Under the pieces are notes generated by a model. The model had not been told where the DNA came from, did not search any database, and saw only the letters and a program-made list of their open reading frames with translations. A stretch of 64,000 nucleotides of DNA from an uncultured Gemmatimonadaceae bacterium (lineage in GTDB: Bacteria; Gemmatimonadota; Gemmatimonadetes; Gemmatimonadales; Gemmatimonadaceae), in assembly GCA_963781585.1 (NCBI GenBank), contig CAWAGQ010000011.1, forward strand, positions 256,001-320,000, read 5' to 3'. The position numbers and the translations under genes were made by a program. How positions within the stretch are numbered: the stretch's first letter is position 1; the number at the start of each line of letters is the position of its first letter. Of this stretch, positions 50,142 to 60,056 are shown in pieces.

Positions 50142-50288
50142 GGCCAAAGGTCATGGGCCAAAGGTCATGGGCCAAAGGTCATGGGCCAAAGGTCATGGGC
50201 CAAAGGTCATGGGCCAAAGGTCATGGGCCAAAGGTCATGGGCCAAAGGTCATGGGCCAAAGGTCATAGGCCAAAGGCCATAGGTCACG
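50142..50288. repeat. 14-bp tandem array (GGCCAAAGGTCATG)x8 plus variant and degenerate heptamers
   Basis: Eight perfect units 50142-50253, a one-mismatch unit to 50267, then GGCCAAA GGCCATA GGTCACG. Confidence 0.97.
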
Positions 50289-50358
50289 GGAGGCAGGGAG
50301 CTTCTGCGCAGGCGGTGGTCCGACGGAGGCGGCAAACGCCCGCGCTGTGGCGCATCCG

Positions 50359-53300
50359 CTACTTCTCCGCCCGCTGCAGCTTTGACATGCGGTCGCGCAC
50401 CTGTTTCACCAGCGGCTGCAGTTCCGGATCGGCGTTCTTCCAGAGCTCGACGAACTCAGCGTAGTGCGAGAGCGCCTTCTCGCGATCGCCCTTCGCTTCG
50501 TACAGCTCGCCGAGACGCTTGTGCGCACCCGCCAGGGTGTACGCGTCACCGAAAATCCGGGTGGGGTCCGAGGGCGAGTCGGTGTAGCGGCTGAACACCG
50601 CGAGGGCCGAGTCGGCGTTGCCGGCCAGATCGTAGGCACGGGCGAGATCGGGAAGGGCACAGACGGTGCATTCCCCCACGTCGGAAGCCCGGTACTCGCG
50701 AATGGCATCATCGAACCGGCGCTCCGCGAGCGCGATATCGCCGAGCATCTTGTGGCGCGTGTCGTCATCGCTGAGGTACGAGGATTCCTGTCGTCGGCGA
50801 TCGAATCCCGCCAGCATGGTCTTGGCCCGGTCGGGCTGGCCGGCGAGGGCGTACAGCAGGACAAGCCGATCGTAGGGGCGCTCGAGCGGGGGAATGGAAT
50901 CCAGCGGGTGCGCGGCCAGTCCGCGTTCGATGGTTCGGAGCGCGCGGGTGGTGTCGGCGCGGAACCAGGCATCGGTGGTGGCCGAGTCGAGGTAGACCTG
51001 GAGCGGCGCGTCGTGCAGGCCGAGGGTGACGCCGGCCGTGTTGGACGATTGAAAGGCGTGGAGACCGTCGGCCAACCGGCCGCGGGTGAAGTCGAGGGTT
51101 CCGATCCAGAATCCCGACCCGTTCTGGATGGTGGCATCGCTCGCGCGCGCTCGGCTTATGCTGTCGACCAGCGACGTGGCGCTGTCCCGCTCGCCCCGAT
51201 ATGCCAGCAGGTAGGCGCCGAGGAAGGCCGCCTGGGGATTGCGGGGGATGTTCCGCTGCGCGAGTTCGAGCGTCTGTTGCGCTTGCGCCAGCTTGTTCTG
51301 CGCGATCTGGCTCCAGGCGAGGTTGTTGTAGAACACCCCGGCGGTGGTCTGCACCTTGATGGCGCGCGCCGCGAGGTCCTCCGCCTTCGCGAATTCGCGG
51401 CGGTAGCGGTACTGGACCGCGAGGTTGTTGAGCGCGGTGACGTTCTCCGGATCGACGTCGAGGAGCGATTCGTACGCCGAGATGATTTTCGCCCGATCGG
51501 GGTGCGGTCCGAACTGATAGTACGCGGCGACGGTGAGGTATCGCTCGGCGTCGCTCAGCCGGTCCCGATGGTCGTAGGCCTTCTGGATCAGGTCGTTGAC
51601 GAGCGCGCGCGGCAGGAAGCGGTTGTTCATCTCGACCGCGAGCTTGCGGTAGGCCATGGCGAACCCGGAGTCGAGCGCAATCGCTTCCTGGAGGAGTGCC
51701 TCGCCCTTGGGCCAGTCGCCGTCCACTTCGAGCGCGCGGTTGGCGGCGACGTACTTCTGGAGCGCCTCCAGCGACGGGGTGGTGACTTTGTCGAGGGTCC
51801 TGGCCTGCTGCACCGAACGCAGCGACTCGCCGATCCTGGAGCGGAGGCTCTTGGTGAGGCGGCTGATGGCGGGGATGATGTCCTTTGCTTCGCTGGCGGT
51901 CTCGCGGAACGAGGCCAGCTCGTCGCCGGTCTGGGCGGCGACGAGGCGCGCCGACAGGACGTAGCTGCCGCCTAACGCGACGACCTCTCCGTCGATCACG
52001 GCCTTGATGCCCTCGCGGGCGGCGATCTGGCGGGCGACGTTGTAATCGACGCGGGTGGTGGGCGCCTGCTGCATGCGGCGCAGCGCCTCGCGCACGTCGG
52101 TGGCCGGCATGACCGAGAGGTTGGCTGATTGCGCGAGGTCGGTGCGGAACGCCTCGGTCACGGTGGGCCCGAGCAGGGAATCGTCAGGCGGGCCCTTGAA
52201 GTCGGTGAGGAGGACCTTCTCGCGGTCGGAGAACTTGCCGGCGGCCATCAGCGATCCGGCCGGGCCGATGCCGAGCGCCCGGAGGAGCATGTAGCCGGCG
52301 ATGAGGGCGATGAAGGCACCGCCGGCATAGACGCCGCCGATCGCGGTTCGGCGCCAGCTCACGTGCGGGGCGGCGCGGACGGCGATGGTGGCAAGCGTGC
52401 CCTGCGACGCCGGGGTGCCGCCGGGGGTGAGGGTAGGCGTCGTCGTGTAGGCGCGGCGGGTGGCGCGCTGCACGAACGCGGTGAGGAGAATGACCGGCAG
52501 GCCGAGCCCCATCACGATCAGCGCGCCCGGGAAGACCCAGTTCGGGAGTCCGATACCGACGATTGCCGCCCGGGTGAGCACGACCACGACCACGAACGCC
52601 GCGGCGTAGATGCCGAGCGCGCGTTTCAGCGTCCCGCGGCCGGCGAGCAGGACCTCGGGCAGGGACTGTTGCGTGCTGCCGCCGCTGGTCACGGTTTCCA
52701 GTACGCGAGCCAGATCGGATGCGCTCTGAGGACGGTGATCGGGCTCCTTTTCCAGGCACTGCATTACGAGTGCGGCCAGCGCCGGCGGCGAATCGGGGCG
52801 CAATTCGGTGATCGGTTGCGGCCGTTCCCCCATGTGCGCCGCCATCAGCTTGTGGGGGGTGAGCCCGTGGAACGGCGGGTGGCCAGCGAGCATCTCGTAG
52901 GCCATGCACCCGAAGGCATAGATGTCGGCCCGGTGGTTCGTGGAGGGATCGCCGGCCGCCTGTTCGGGCGCCATGTACGCCGGGGTGCCTAACGAGGTAC
53001 CCATGGCGGTCAGGGTCGGCGCGGCGGCCCCCTCCAGGCGCGACGCGCTGATGGCCTTGGCGATGCCGAAATCGGTGACCACGGCGCTGCCGCCGGTGAC
53101 CAGCACGTTGTCCGGTTTGATGTCCCGGTGCGCCACGCCGTGTTCGTGCGCGTAGGCGAGTGCGCGGGCCACCTCGCGCAGCACGCCGACCGCCTCGGTG
53201 ATGGAGAGCGGCCCGCGGGCGAGCCGGGCCCGCAGGCTCGACCCTTCGACGAACGGCATCGTATAGAACGGCAACCCGTCGATCTCGCCCGCCGAGAGCA

Positions 53301-53535
53301 CCGGCACGATGTGCGGGTGCTGCAGTCGCGCGGCCACCTGGATCTCCCGCTTGAAGCGGTCGACACTGACGCCGGCCGCGAGCTCCGGCGGCAACACCTT
53401 CACCACGACCTTGCGACCCAGGGCCACTTCGTCGGCGACGAACACGCGCGACATCCCCCCGCCACCCAATTCGTGCTCGAGGGTGTAGGCGGTGCCTAGC
53501 GAGGACTGCAGGCGTTGCCGGAGGTCGGAAGGCAG
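50359..53535 (-). CDS. Hanks-type Ser/Thr protein kinase with TM segments and TPR repeats
   Basis: ELGGGGMSRVF, VVVKVL, HRDIKPDN, DFGIAK, GTPAYMAPEQ; C-terminal TPRs ending WKNADPELQP. Family-like N-terminus extends to a CTG at 53535. Confidence 0.93.
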   Translation of the reverse strand: MPSDLRQRLQSSLGTAYTLEHELGGGGMSRVFVADEVALGRKVVVKVLPPELAAGVSVDRFKREIQVAARLQHPHIVPVLSAGEIDGLPFYTMPFVEGSSLRARLARGPLSITEAVGVLREVARALAYAHEHGVAHRDIKPDNVLVTGGSAVVTDFGIAKAISASRLEGAAAPTLTAMGTSLGTPAYMAPEQAAGDPSTNHRADIYAFGCMAYEMLAGHPPFHGLTPHKLMAAHMGERPQPITELRPDSPPALAALVMQCLEKEPDHRPQSASDLARVLETVTSGGSTQQSLPEVLLAGRGTLKRALGIYAAAFVVVVVLTRAAIVGIGLPNWVFPGALIVMGLGLPVILLTAFVQRATRRAYTTTPTLTPGGTPASQGTLATIAVRAAPHVSWRRTAIGGVYAGGAFIALIAGYMLLRALGIGPAGSLMAAGKFSDREKVLLTDFKGPPDDSLLGPTVTEAFRTDLAQSANLSVMPATDVREALRRMQQAPTTRVDYNVARQIAAREGIKAVIDGEVVALGGSYVLSARLVAAQTGDELASFRETASEAKDIIPAISRLTKSLRSRIGESLRSVQQARTLDKVTTPSLEALQKYVAANRALEVDGDWPKGEALLQEAIALDSGFAMAYRKLAVEMNNRFLPRALVNDLIQKAYDHRDRLSDAERYLTVAAYYQFGPHPDRAKIISAYESLLDVDPENVTALNNLAVQYRYRREFAKAEDLAARAIKVQTTAGVFYNNLAWSQIAQNKLAQAQQTLELAQRNIPRNPQAAFLGAYLLAYRGERDSATSLVDSISRARASDATIQNGSGFWIGTLDFTRGRLADGLHAFQSSNTAGVTLGLHDAPLQVYLDSATTDAWFRADTTRALRTIERGLAAHPLDSIPPLERPYDRLVLLYALAGQPDRAKTMLAGFDRRRQESSYLSDDDTRHKMLGDIALAERRFDDAIREYRASDVGECTVCALPDLARAYDLAGNADSALAVFSRYTDSPSDPTRIFGDAYTLAGAHKRLGELYEAKGDREKALSHYAEFVELWKNADPELQPLVKQVRDRMSKLQRAEK

Positions 53536-53615
53536 GAAGGACCGCGCCGAGTGGCAGGTTGCAGGTGAATGTAGAGAGCGACCAGAGGCGCGGCCAGCAA
53601 ACCGCGCGCGACGGC

Positions 53616-55103
53616 TCAGCGACCGGGTTCCCTGGAGCGCGGGCGGGGCAGCGTGGGCGCCTTGTTGATCTGGAGCTTCAGTTCCGCGTCGGCGAGCGCG
53701 CGCAGGCGGATGTCACCGATCGTCGCCCGAACCGCGGTGCCTTCGGCGCGAAAGATCCGGGCGCTCAGATCGACCCCCGGCGTCAGCGTCCGGTTCATTC
53801 CGCGCTCGGCCAGCACGCTGAGCTTTCCGAGCAACGCCGAGTCGGGAAGGCGAGCGCGCTGCCGGAGGAAATCGCGCATCTCATCGCCCTGCAGCCACTC
53901 GAACCCGCGTACCAGCAGGTCGGCGCTGCCCACGTCGTAGTCGAGGTCAGGCACGAAGACCTGGTGGCTGGCGCGATCGAGGCTCGGCGTTCCCGTCAGA
54001 AAGAGCCGGCCACGCACCGAACCGCCGAGGGTGACGCCTAACGCCACCCGACCGCCCCCGATCCCACTGAGCGTCACGTCGCGGATCCGGACACGCCGGC
54101 CCGACTCCGAGATCCACCTGCCCACCAGCGCCTTTCGCAGCAGCCCGGTCGCCACCGGATACGTGAACGACGCGTCGATCAGCACGATGGCTCCGGTCCC
54201 GACGCTGTCCACGCGCTCCAGCCGTGGAAGGGGCCGCATCCGCTCCCCTTCGTCCGGCCGGGGCCCGGTCAGCACGCGCGGCGACGCGATCAGCCGAAGG
54301 TTGCCCACGATCACGTTCCCGTCGGACGTCACGTCTCCGAGCTGGGCGGCGAACGGATTGATCACCATGTAGATGCTGTCGGCGAACCGGATGGGGCGCT
54401 CGAGCTGCAGCCAGACGTGCTCGAACCAGGACTTGGCATCCCAGCGCGACACCGATCGATCGAACCGCGCCAGGTTCCGCTCGAGCATCCGCTGGGTGGC
54501 CTCGATCACCCGACCGGTGACGTCGATGTGGAAGATCGTGACCCGGCAGTGGTCCCGCGCATCGGTGCTGTAGGGCTCGAGTCGCTTCACCCGCGTCCGC
54601 GTCACAACTTGCCAGTCCGGGGTGATCCGTGCCGACGAGACCAGCGTGGCGCGCACGCGCGGCCGCGGTACACCTCCGGTGCCACAGGCAGCACTCAACT
54701 CGGGACCGATGATCGGCCGATACCATCCGCGGGCTTCGTATTCAACGTCCGTGGAGATCGTGACGGTCAGCCCGTCCGACCGCACCCGGAACGGCGATCG
54801 CGACACGGCGAACGCAAAGTGCGCGCGCTTGTTGTTCCCTGCCTGGAGCCGTTCCTCGATGTCGCCGTAGTCGCGCGGCACAGCGGCCTCGAGGGAATCC
54901 ACGGCAGCGGAAAGGTCGTAGCTGATGGGCGCTTCGACGATGGAGGCGCGAGGCGCGGCCAGCGAGTCAGGTGAATCGGCGACGACCTCGGGAGGCGGGG
55001 CATCCAGCAGCAGGGGCCCGGACAGTATCTGGCGCAAGTACAGCGCGCCGCCGCCCCCGGCGACAGCGACCGCGAGGAGAGTCCACCGAATGCGCCTCTT
55101 CAT
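53616..55103 (-). CDS. DUF4403-like protein
   Basis: Start MKRRIRWTLLAV with an N-terminal anchor; W.QL..PI, GRLFLTGTP.LD, V.DLDYD patterns. Confidence 0.6.
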   Translation of the reverse strand: MKRRIRWTLLAVAVAGGGGALYLRQILSGPLLLDAPPPEVVADSPDSLAAPRASIVEAPISYDLSAAVDSLEAAVPRDYGDIEERLQAGNNKRAHFAFAVSRSPFRVRSDGLTVTISTDVEYEARGWYRPIIGPELSAACGTGGVPRPRVRATLVSSARITPDWQVVTRTRVKRLEPYSTDARDHCRVTIFHIDVTGRVIEATQRMLERNLARFDRSVSRWDAKSWFEHVWLQLERPIRFADSIYMVINPFAAQLGDVTSDGNVIVGNLRLIASPRVLTGPRPDEGERMRPLPRLERVDSVGTGAIVLIDASFTYPVATGLLRKALVGRWISESGRRVRIRDVTLSGIGGGRVALGVTLGGSVRGRLFLTGTPSLDRASHQVFVPDLDYDVGSADLLVRGFEWLQGDEMRDFLRQRARLPDSALLGKLSVLAERGMNRTLTPGVDLSARIFRAEGTAVRATIGDIRLRALADAELKLQINKAPTLPRPRSREPGR

Positions 55104-55239
55104 TCTCTTCGTCGCGCGGAATGGTGGGCCCGGGTTCGCCAGGACCCAGAGGCGAGTACAGGGAGATGCCGGGAGCGTGACACCCCTTAGGGTAGCATCA
55201 CCCGGCCGTTTCGCTACGGGCCGAGGGTGGGGGTGGGCG

Positions 55240-55369
55240 TATGGCCTCCGGCCCATGCCCTCTAGCCCATGCCCCCTGGGCTATGGCCTCTGGCCCATGG
55301 CGTTTGGCCTTTGGCTTGTGGCCCTTGTGGCTTGTGGCGTTTGGCCTGTGGCGTTTGACCTTTGGCCTC
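55240..55369. repeat. Degenerate heptamer array (TTTGGCC-like; reverse orientation of the 50142 family)
   Basis: tatggcc tccggcc catgccc tctagcc catgccc ... tctggcc catggcg tttggcc tttggct tgtggcc ... Confidence 0.75.
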
Positions 55370-55482
55370 CGCCCCGGATGTATGTAACACTCGCGCTCGG
55401 CTTCCTGTCCCTTCCGCGGAGACGCGATACATTCTCTCCCCCCGCGGCCGTCCAACGGCCGGGCCAGGAGGATTGTCTGCTC

Positions 55483-55989
55483 ATGAAGTTGCTCGTCATT
55501 CGTCACGCCATCGCCGAAGACCGTGAAGAATTCGCCAAGGGCGGAGACCCGGATAGCGAGCGTCCGCTGACCGATTTCGGCCGGCGCCGTATGCGCCGGA
55601 ACGTCAAGGGACTCTTGCGCGCAACGGAGCGGCCGGATGTACTGGCCACCAGCCCGTTTGCCCGCGCCGCGGAAACGGCGCGAATCGTTGCCGACGCCCT
55701 GGGGCTCACCTCGATCGAGGTGCTGGATGCGCTGACGCCTGAACACCATCCCCGCGATCTCGAGGTGTGGCTGGGAAGGCAGGAGGCGGAAGCGACGATC
55801 GCGGTGGTAGGGCACGAGCCGCATCTCGGGAAGCTGATCACGTGGTTTGTGAGTGGGGGAGAGGATCCTCGGGTCGAGCTGAAGAAAGGCGGCGTGGCGC
55901 TCCTCGAGTTCGATCACCGTCCGGGGGCTGGCAAGGCGATGCTCAGATGGCTTCTGACGCCCGCGCACCTTCGAGCCATCGGTGACTAG
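55483..55989 (+). CDS. sixA: SixA-type phosphohistidine phosphatase
   Basis: GGAGG RBS; MKLLVIRHAIA, RPLTDFG, TSPFARAAETA, VGHEPHL, LKKGG. Confidence 0.88.
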   Translation: MKLLVIRHAIAEDREEFAKGGDPDSERPLTDFGRRRMRRNVKGLLRATERPDVLATSPFARAAETARIVADALGLTSIEVLDALTPEHHPRDLEVWLGRQEAEATIAVVGHEPHLGKLITWFVSGGEDPRVELKKGGVALLEFDHRPGAGKAMLRWLLTPAHLRAIGD

Positions 55990-57532
55990 CCGCGGTTCAT
56001 TCGACGAGGAATTCGACGCCACGTTGCTGGACGAGCCCGCGCCGCGAGGCGCCCGGCTGGTGGCGTTGGCGTTGCTTGCCCGACTGGTGGCCGATCGCGA
56101 GCGGCTGACCGCGCGTCGTGACAAGGAGGCATTGCACGATTTCCGGGTCGCTCTGCGGCGGTTGCGGAGCTGGCTCCGCGCGCTCGAACCCGCGCTCACG
56201 GGGAGTTCGGCGCGCGGCTCGCAGCGCCGGCTGCGGCGAGTCGCCAAGGCATCGAACGCGGGCCGGGACGCCGAGGTGTTCCTGGGTTGGCTCCGCTCCG
56301 CACGCAAGCGGATTCCGGAGCGCAACCGCACCGCGGCGCGCTGGTTGATCACGCGGTTCGATCGCCAGCGACGCGAGGCCGAAGGGTCGCTCGGCGGTCT
56401 GCTCGAACGCGATTTCGCGAGGGCCACCGAACGGTTGCAGGTCCGGCTGGAATCGTATCGGGTGGTGGCCCACGTCCATGACGGCGTGCGGGACGCGCCG
56501 CTGGCAACGCTGCTGGCGCAGCTGGTGCGCGGGCAGGCGCGTGAGTTGCGGGGGCGTCTGGCGCTGGTGCGGTCGCCGGACGACGACGGTCCCGCACACC
56601 GGGCCCGGATCGCCGGGAAGCGCCTGCGGTACCTGCTGGAGCCGGTGGCGGCGTTTCTCGAAGGCGGCACCTCGCTGGTGCAGCGGCTCAAGCGCCTGCA
56701 GGACGCGTTAGGCGACCTGCACGATGCGCACGTCTGGCTGGCGATGCTGGGGGACATGGCGTCGGTGGCGGCGATGCAGGAGGGGCGCCGGATGGCGCGG
56801 ACGCCGGTGAGCGATGCGACCGGGAGTGGCGCGGAGGGCGATCGGGAGAGTGATCGCTACCCATCCCTCGCGGGCTTCGCGATTCTGGCGCGCCTGGCGC
56901 AGGAACTGGCGCTCGACGCCTTCCGGCGGCTGACCCGTGAGTGGGGGAAACGGGGCAGCGATCGCTTCCTCGCCGATCTGGAGAGGGCCTGCGTGGCCAT
57001 GGAGCAGCGGGAGCGGCAGGGGATGGAAATCGAGCGCAAGTACCTGCTTTCGGCGGTCCCGGACGAGATGCCACGCGCGCAGGCTTCACACATCGAACAG
57101 GGGTACGTACCGGGCAGCGTGCTGGTGGAGCGGCTGCGCATGGAGGAGCCGGAGGACGGGCGACGCGGTGCCAAACGTGGGGCCGCCGGGCTGCGGGGGC
57201 GGGGGCGGGGGCGGGGCATCCACTTCTATCGCACGGTGAAGTCCGGGAGGGGGATCGCGCGCATCGAGATGGAGGAGGAGACCTCGCGCGCGGTGTTCGA
57301 CACCATGTGGCCGCTGACCGAGGGGAAGCGTGTGACGAAGACGCGGTACCGCGTTCCGGACGGAGCGCTCACGTGGGAAGTGGACGAGTTTACCAACCTG
57401 GGACTGGTGGTGGCCGAGATCGAGCTGCCGACAACCACGACGAAGGTGGAGTTCCCGCCCTGGCTGGCGCCGTACGTGGAGCGTGAAGTGACCGGCGAGC
57501 CGGAGTACCTCAATGTGAACCTGGCGCGATAG
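55982..57532 (+). CDS. CHAD domain-CYTH (triphosphate tunnel) domain fusion
   Basis: LHDFRVALRRLRSWL, HRARIAGKRLRYLLE, LQDALGDLHD (CHAD); from 57023 EIERKYL, QGY, KTRY, WEVDEF, AEIEL, EVTGEPEYLN (CYTH). Confidence 0.9.
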   Translation: MTSRGSFDEEFDATLLDEPAPRGARLVALALLARLVADRERLTARRDKEALHDFRVALRRLRSWLRALEPALTGSSARGSQRRLRRVAKASNAGRDAEVFLGWLRSARKRIPERNRTAARWLITRFDRQRREAEGSLGGLLERDFARATERLQVRLESYRVVAHVHDGVRDAPLATLLAQLVRGQARELRGRLALVRSPDDDGPAHRARIAGKRLRYLLEPVAAFLEGGTSLVQRLKRLQDALGDLHDAHVWLAMLGDMASVAAMQEGRRMARTPVSDATGSGAEGDRESDRYPSLAGFAILARLAQELALDAFRRLTREWGKRGSDRFLADLERACVAMEQRERQGMEIERKYLLSAVPDEMPRAQASHIEQGYVPGSVLVERLRMEEPEDGRRGAKRGAAGLRGRGRGRGIHFYRTVKSGRGIARIEMEEETSRAVFDTMWPLTEGKRVTKTRYRVPDGALTWEVDEFTNLGLVVAEIELPTTTTKVEFPPWLAPYVEREVTGEPEYLNVNLAR

Positions 57533-57575
57533 CGCGGCGTCAGCTGGCAGCCGTTTCCCGTCACCTGATAACTGT

Positions 57576-58691
57576 TTGAATATCTTCGTCGTTACCAACG
57601 ACTTTCCGCCGCGCGTTGGCGGCATCAACTACTACGTCGACCAGATGATGCGGTGGTTTCCGGCCGGCGCGGTCACGGTCTTCTCGTCGCGGTCGGCGGG
57701 ATGGGAGGCGTTCGACGCGGCGTATCCGCACGAAGTGATCCGGCTGGACACGGAGATGATGCTTCCGTCTCCCGGAGTTCGGCGGGAACTGCACGCGCTG
57801 CTGCGGAGTCGGCGACCGGAGGTGGTGGTGTTCGGGGCCACCTGGCCGCTGGGTCACATGGGGCCGGCGATCCGCCGGAAGCTCGGAATCCCATATGCCG
57901 GTTTCACGCACGGGCTCGAGATCACCGGAGCCCGGGTGCCGGGACTGCTCGCGCGCATCGGACGGCATGCGTCGCTGTTGACGGCAGTATCGGCGTGGGC
58001 ACGCGACCGCCTCGAGGGGGCGTTCGGGTGGCGGGGGCGGATGCAGCTCCTGCCATCCGGGATCGACCCGCTGCGTTTTCATCCGGGCGTCTCGGACGCG
58101 GCGGTGCGTGCGCGCCATTCGTTAGGCGGCGTGCCGGTGGTGTGCTGTGTGTCGCGCCTGGTCCCCCGCAAGGGGCAGGATCTGCTGATCCGCGCCCTCC
58201 CGGCGGTGGCCGCGGCCTGTCCGGCGGTGCGGCTGCTGATCGTGGGGAGCGGGCCCTACGACCGCGCGCTGCACGCGCTGGCGCGCCGCACGGGTGTCGC
58301 CGATCGGGTGATCTTCACGGGTGCCGTTAGGTACGAGGAACTCCCGGCCCACTTCCGCGCGGGTGACGTGTTCGCCATGCCGTGCCGCGCGCGGTGGTTC
58401 AATCTGGATGTGGAGGCATTGGGAGCGGTGTTCCTGCAGGGCGCTGCGGTGAGCCGGCCCGTGGTCGCGGGAGCGTCGGCGGGCGCTCCGGAAGCGGTGC
58501 GAGACGGAGAGACCGGCTACGTGGTCGATCCCACGCGGCCCGAACCACTGGCCCAGGCGATCGTGTCGTTGCTGCGGGACCCGGCTCGCGCGGCGGCAAT
58601 GGGCCGCGCCGGCGCCGAGTGGGTCCATCGCGACTGGACGTGGGAGGCGATGGCGGGGCGGTTGGCGAAGCAGCTCACCGCCGTCAGATGA
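57576..58691 (+). CDS. GT4 glycosyltransferase, PimB'-like mannosyltransferase
   Basis: TTG start; VTNDFPPRVGGI, THGLE, CVSRLVPRKGQD, DVFAMPCR...LDVEALG.VFL, GAPEAV.DGETG closely follow actinobacterial PimB'. Confidence 0.8.
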   Translation: MNIFVVTNDFPPRVGGINYYVDQMMRWFPAGAVTVFSSRSAGWEAFDAAYPHEVIRLDTEMMLPSPGVRRELHALLRSRRPEVVVFGATWPLGHMGPAIRRKLGIPYAGFTHGLEITGARVPGLLARIGRHASLLTAVSAWARDRLEGAFGWRGRMQLLPSGIDPLRFHPGVSDAAVRARHSLGGVPVVCCVSRLVPRKGQDLLIRALPAVAAACPAVRLLIVGSGPYDRALHALARRTGVADRVIFTGAVRYEELPAHFRAGDVFAMPCRARWFNLDVEALGAVFLQGAAVSRPVVAGASAGAPEAVRDGETGYVVDPTRPEPLAQAIVSLLRDPARAAAMGRAGAEWVHRDWTWEAMAGRLAKQLTAVR

Positions 58692-58838
58692 CAGCTTTCA
58701 TTGGAAGGAGCCAGCAGTCGACATTGGCCAGCAGCGGTGGGCTGCGGTCGGCTGCGGTCGATGTCACCGGCCGCGGTCGATGCCTGCTGACGGCCGCCCG
58801 GTTGACTTGATCGCTGACCGTCGTTCGCTGATGGCTCC
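58686..58838. repeat. Degenerate heptamer-like, partly self-complementary intergenic tract
   Basis: Recurrent cggtcg/gctga units; GGAGCCA (58707-58713) is complementary to TGGCTCC (58832-58838); lies between convergent GT genes. Confidence 0.4.
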
Positions 58839-58842
58839 CGTT

Positions 58843-59991
58843 CTACACGCCCGCCAGCACCCTCGACGCCGCGTGCTCGCGCATCGGCATGCGCGTCAGT
58901 TCCTCGTAGATCTCCTCGAGCTGATCGACGATCGTCTCCCAGTCGAAGTGCCGGGCGCGCAGCAGGCCATGCCGGCCTAACGCACGGGCCAGCGCGGGAT
59001 ACTCGAGGAGGTGCCTCACCGCCTCCGCCAGCTCGTCCGACTCGCCGGGGGTCACCAGCAGCCCTTCGCGCCCCCGCCGCAGCACCTCGCGATACCCCGG
59101 AATGTCGCTGGCCACCACCGGCAGCCCCGACGCCATGGCCTCGATGAGCACGATCCCGAAACTCTCCTTTCCGATCGACGGCGCGAGGAAGATGTTCGAC
59201 GCGCGGTAGAAGGTCGGGAGGGCCTGCTCCGACACACGGCCAAGCATGTCCACCCGCGCCCGCGCGGCATCGGGCAAGTCATCGATCGCGTCCCGGTCGG
59301 CGCCGTCGCCGACCACCACCAGCCGCAGGTCGGGATACTCCGTGGCCAGACGCCCGAACGCCCGCACCGCCACCGGAAATCCCTTTCGCCGCTCCAGCCG
59401 CCCCACGAACAGCAGCCGTCGGCCCGGCGGCAACGAGGCCGGTTGGGCGTTCGCGAAAACCTGGACATTGGCGCCGTTCGGAAGAACGCGCACTCCGCCG
59501 TCACCCATGCGCGAGCACACGCTGTAGCGCGCGGCCTCCGAAACCGCGATCCGCCTGTCGATGCGCTCCCAGACCGGACGCATCATCCGCATCATGGCGC
59601 GGTACGCCTTCGACTGCAGGTTCCCGCGCGGCACGTACGAGTGAAAGGTGGCCACCACCGGTGCGTTGGCCTGCAGCACGCCGTGCATGGCGGTGCTGGG
59701 ATTCAGGGGCTCGTGGACGTGAATCACATCGGGGTGGAATTCGCGCAGGGCGCGCCGCACCACCCGCGATGACCACGGACTGAGGCAGATGGGCGCCACC
59801 GATCCGTTCGCGCGGAATGGCACGGCGCGGCCGACGATGCGCACGTCGCTGCGCAGGTGCGGCGCCTCGCCCGGTGCGAGAATCAGGACTTCATGACCCC
59901 GACTGCCGAGATGGAGCGCCAGCTGACGAACGTGAACCTGCACGCCGCCGGGTGCATCCCAGCTGAATGGAGAGACCTGTACGATCCTCAT
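58843..59991 (-). CDS. GT4 glycosyltransferase, PimA-like phosphatidylinositol mannosyltransferase
   Basis: Start MRIVQVSPFSWDAPGGVQVHV; NGSVAP, HVHEP, VATFH, IAVSEAA, APS.GKESFGIVLIEAMASG follow PimA. Confidence 0.82.
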   Translation of the reverse strand: MRIVQVSPFSWDAPGGVQVHVRQLALHLGSRGHEVLILAPGEAPHLRSDVRIVGRAVPFRANGSVAPICLSPWSSRVVRRALREFHPDVIHVHEPLNPSTAMHGVLQANAPVVATFHSYVPRGNLQSKAYRAMMRMMRPVWERIDRRIAVSEAARYSVCSRMGDGGVRVLPNGANVQVFANAQPASLPPGRRLLFVGRLERRKGFPVAVRAFGRLATEYPDLRLVVVGDGADRDAIDDLPDAARARVDMLGRVSEQALPTFYRASNIFLAPSIGKESFGIVLIEAMASGLPVVASDIPGYREVLRRGREGLLVTPGESDELAEAVRHLLEYPALARALGRHGLLRARHFDWETIVDQLEEIYEELTRMPMREHAASRVLAGV

Positions 59992-60056
59992 TCCGTCGTG
60001 GTTGGGGTGAGCGCGCTGACCGCGTGCGTCAGCCCGCGACTGTGAGCCGTCGCCGG

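Noticed and set aside
50142..50288. CRISPR array
   Set aside because: Units are contiguous 14-mers with no unique spacers, and there are no cas genes in the window.
49583..50464. 293-aa ORF containing PKVMGQRSWAKGHG repeats
   Set aside because: Translation of the DNA tandem array; it overlaps two real genes in antisense.
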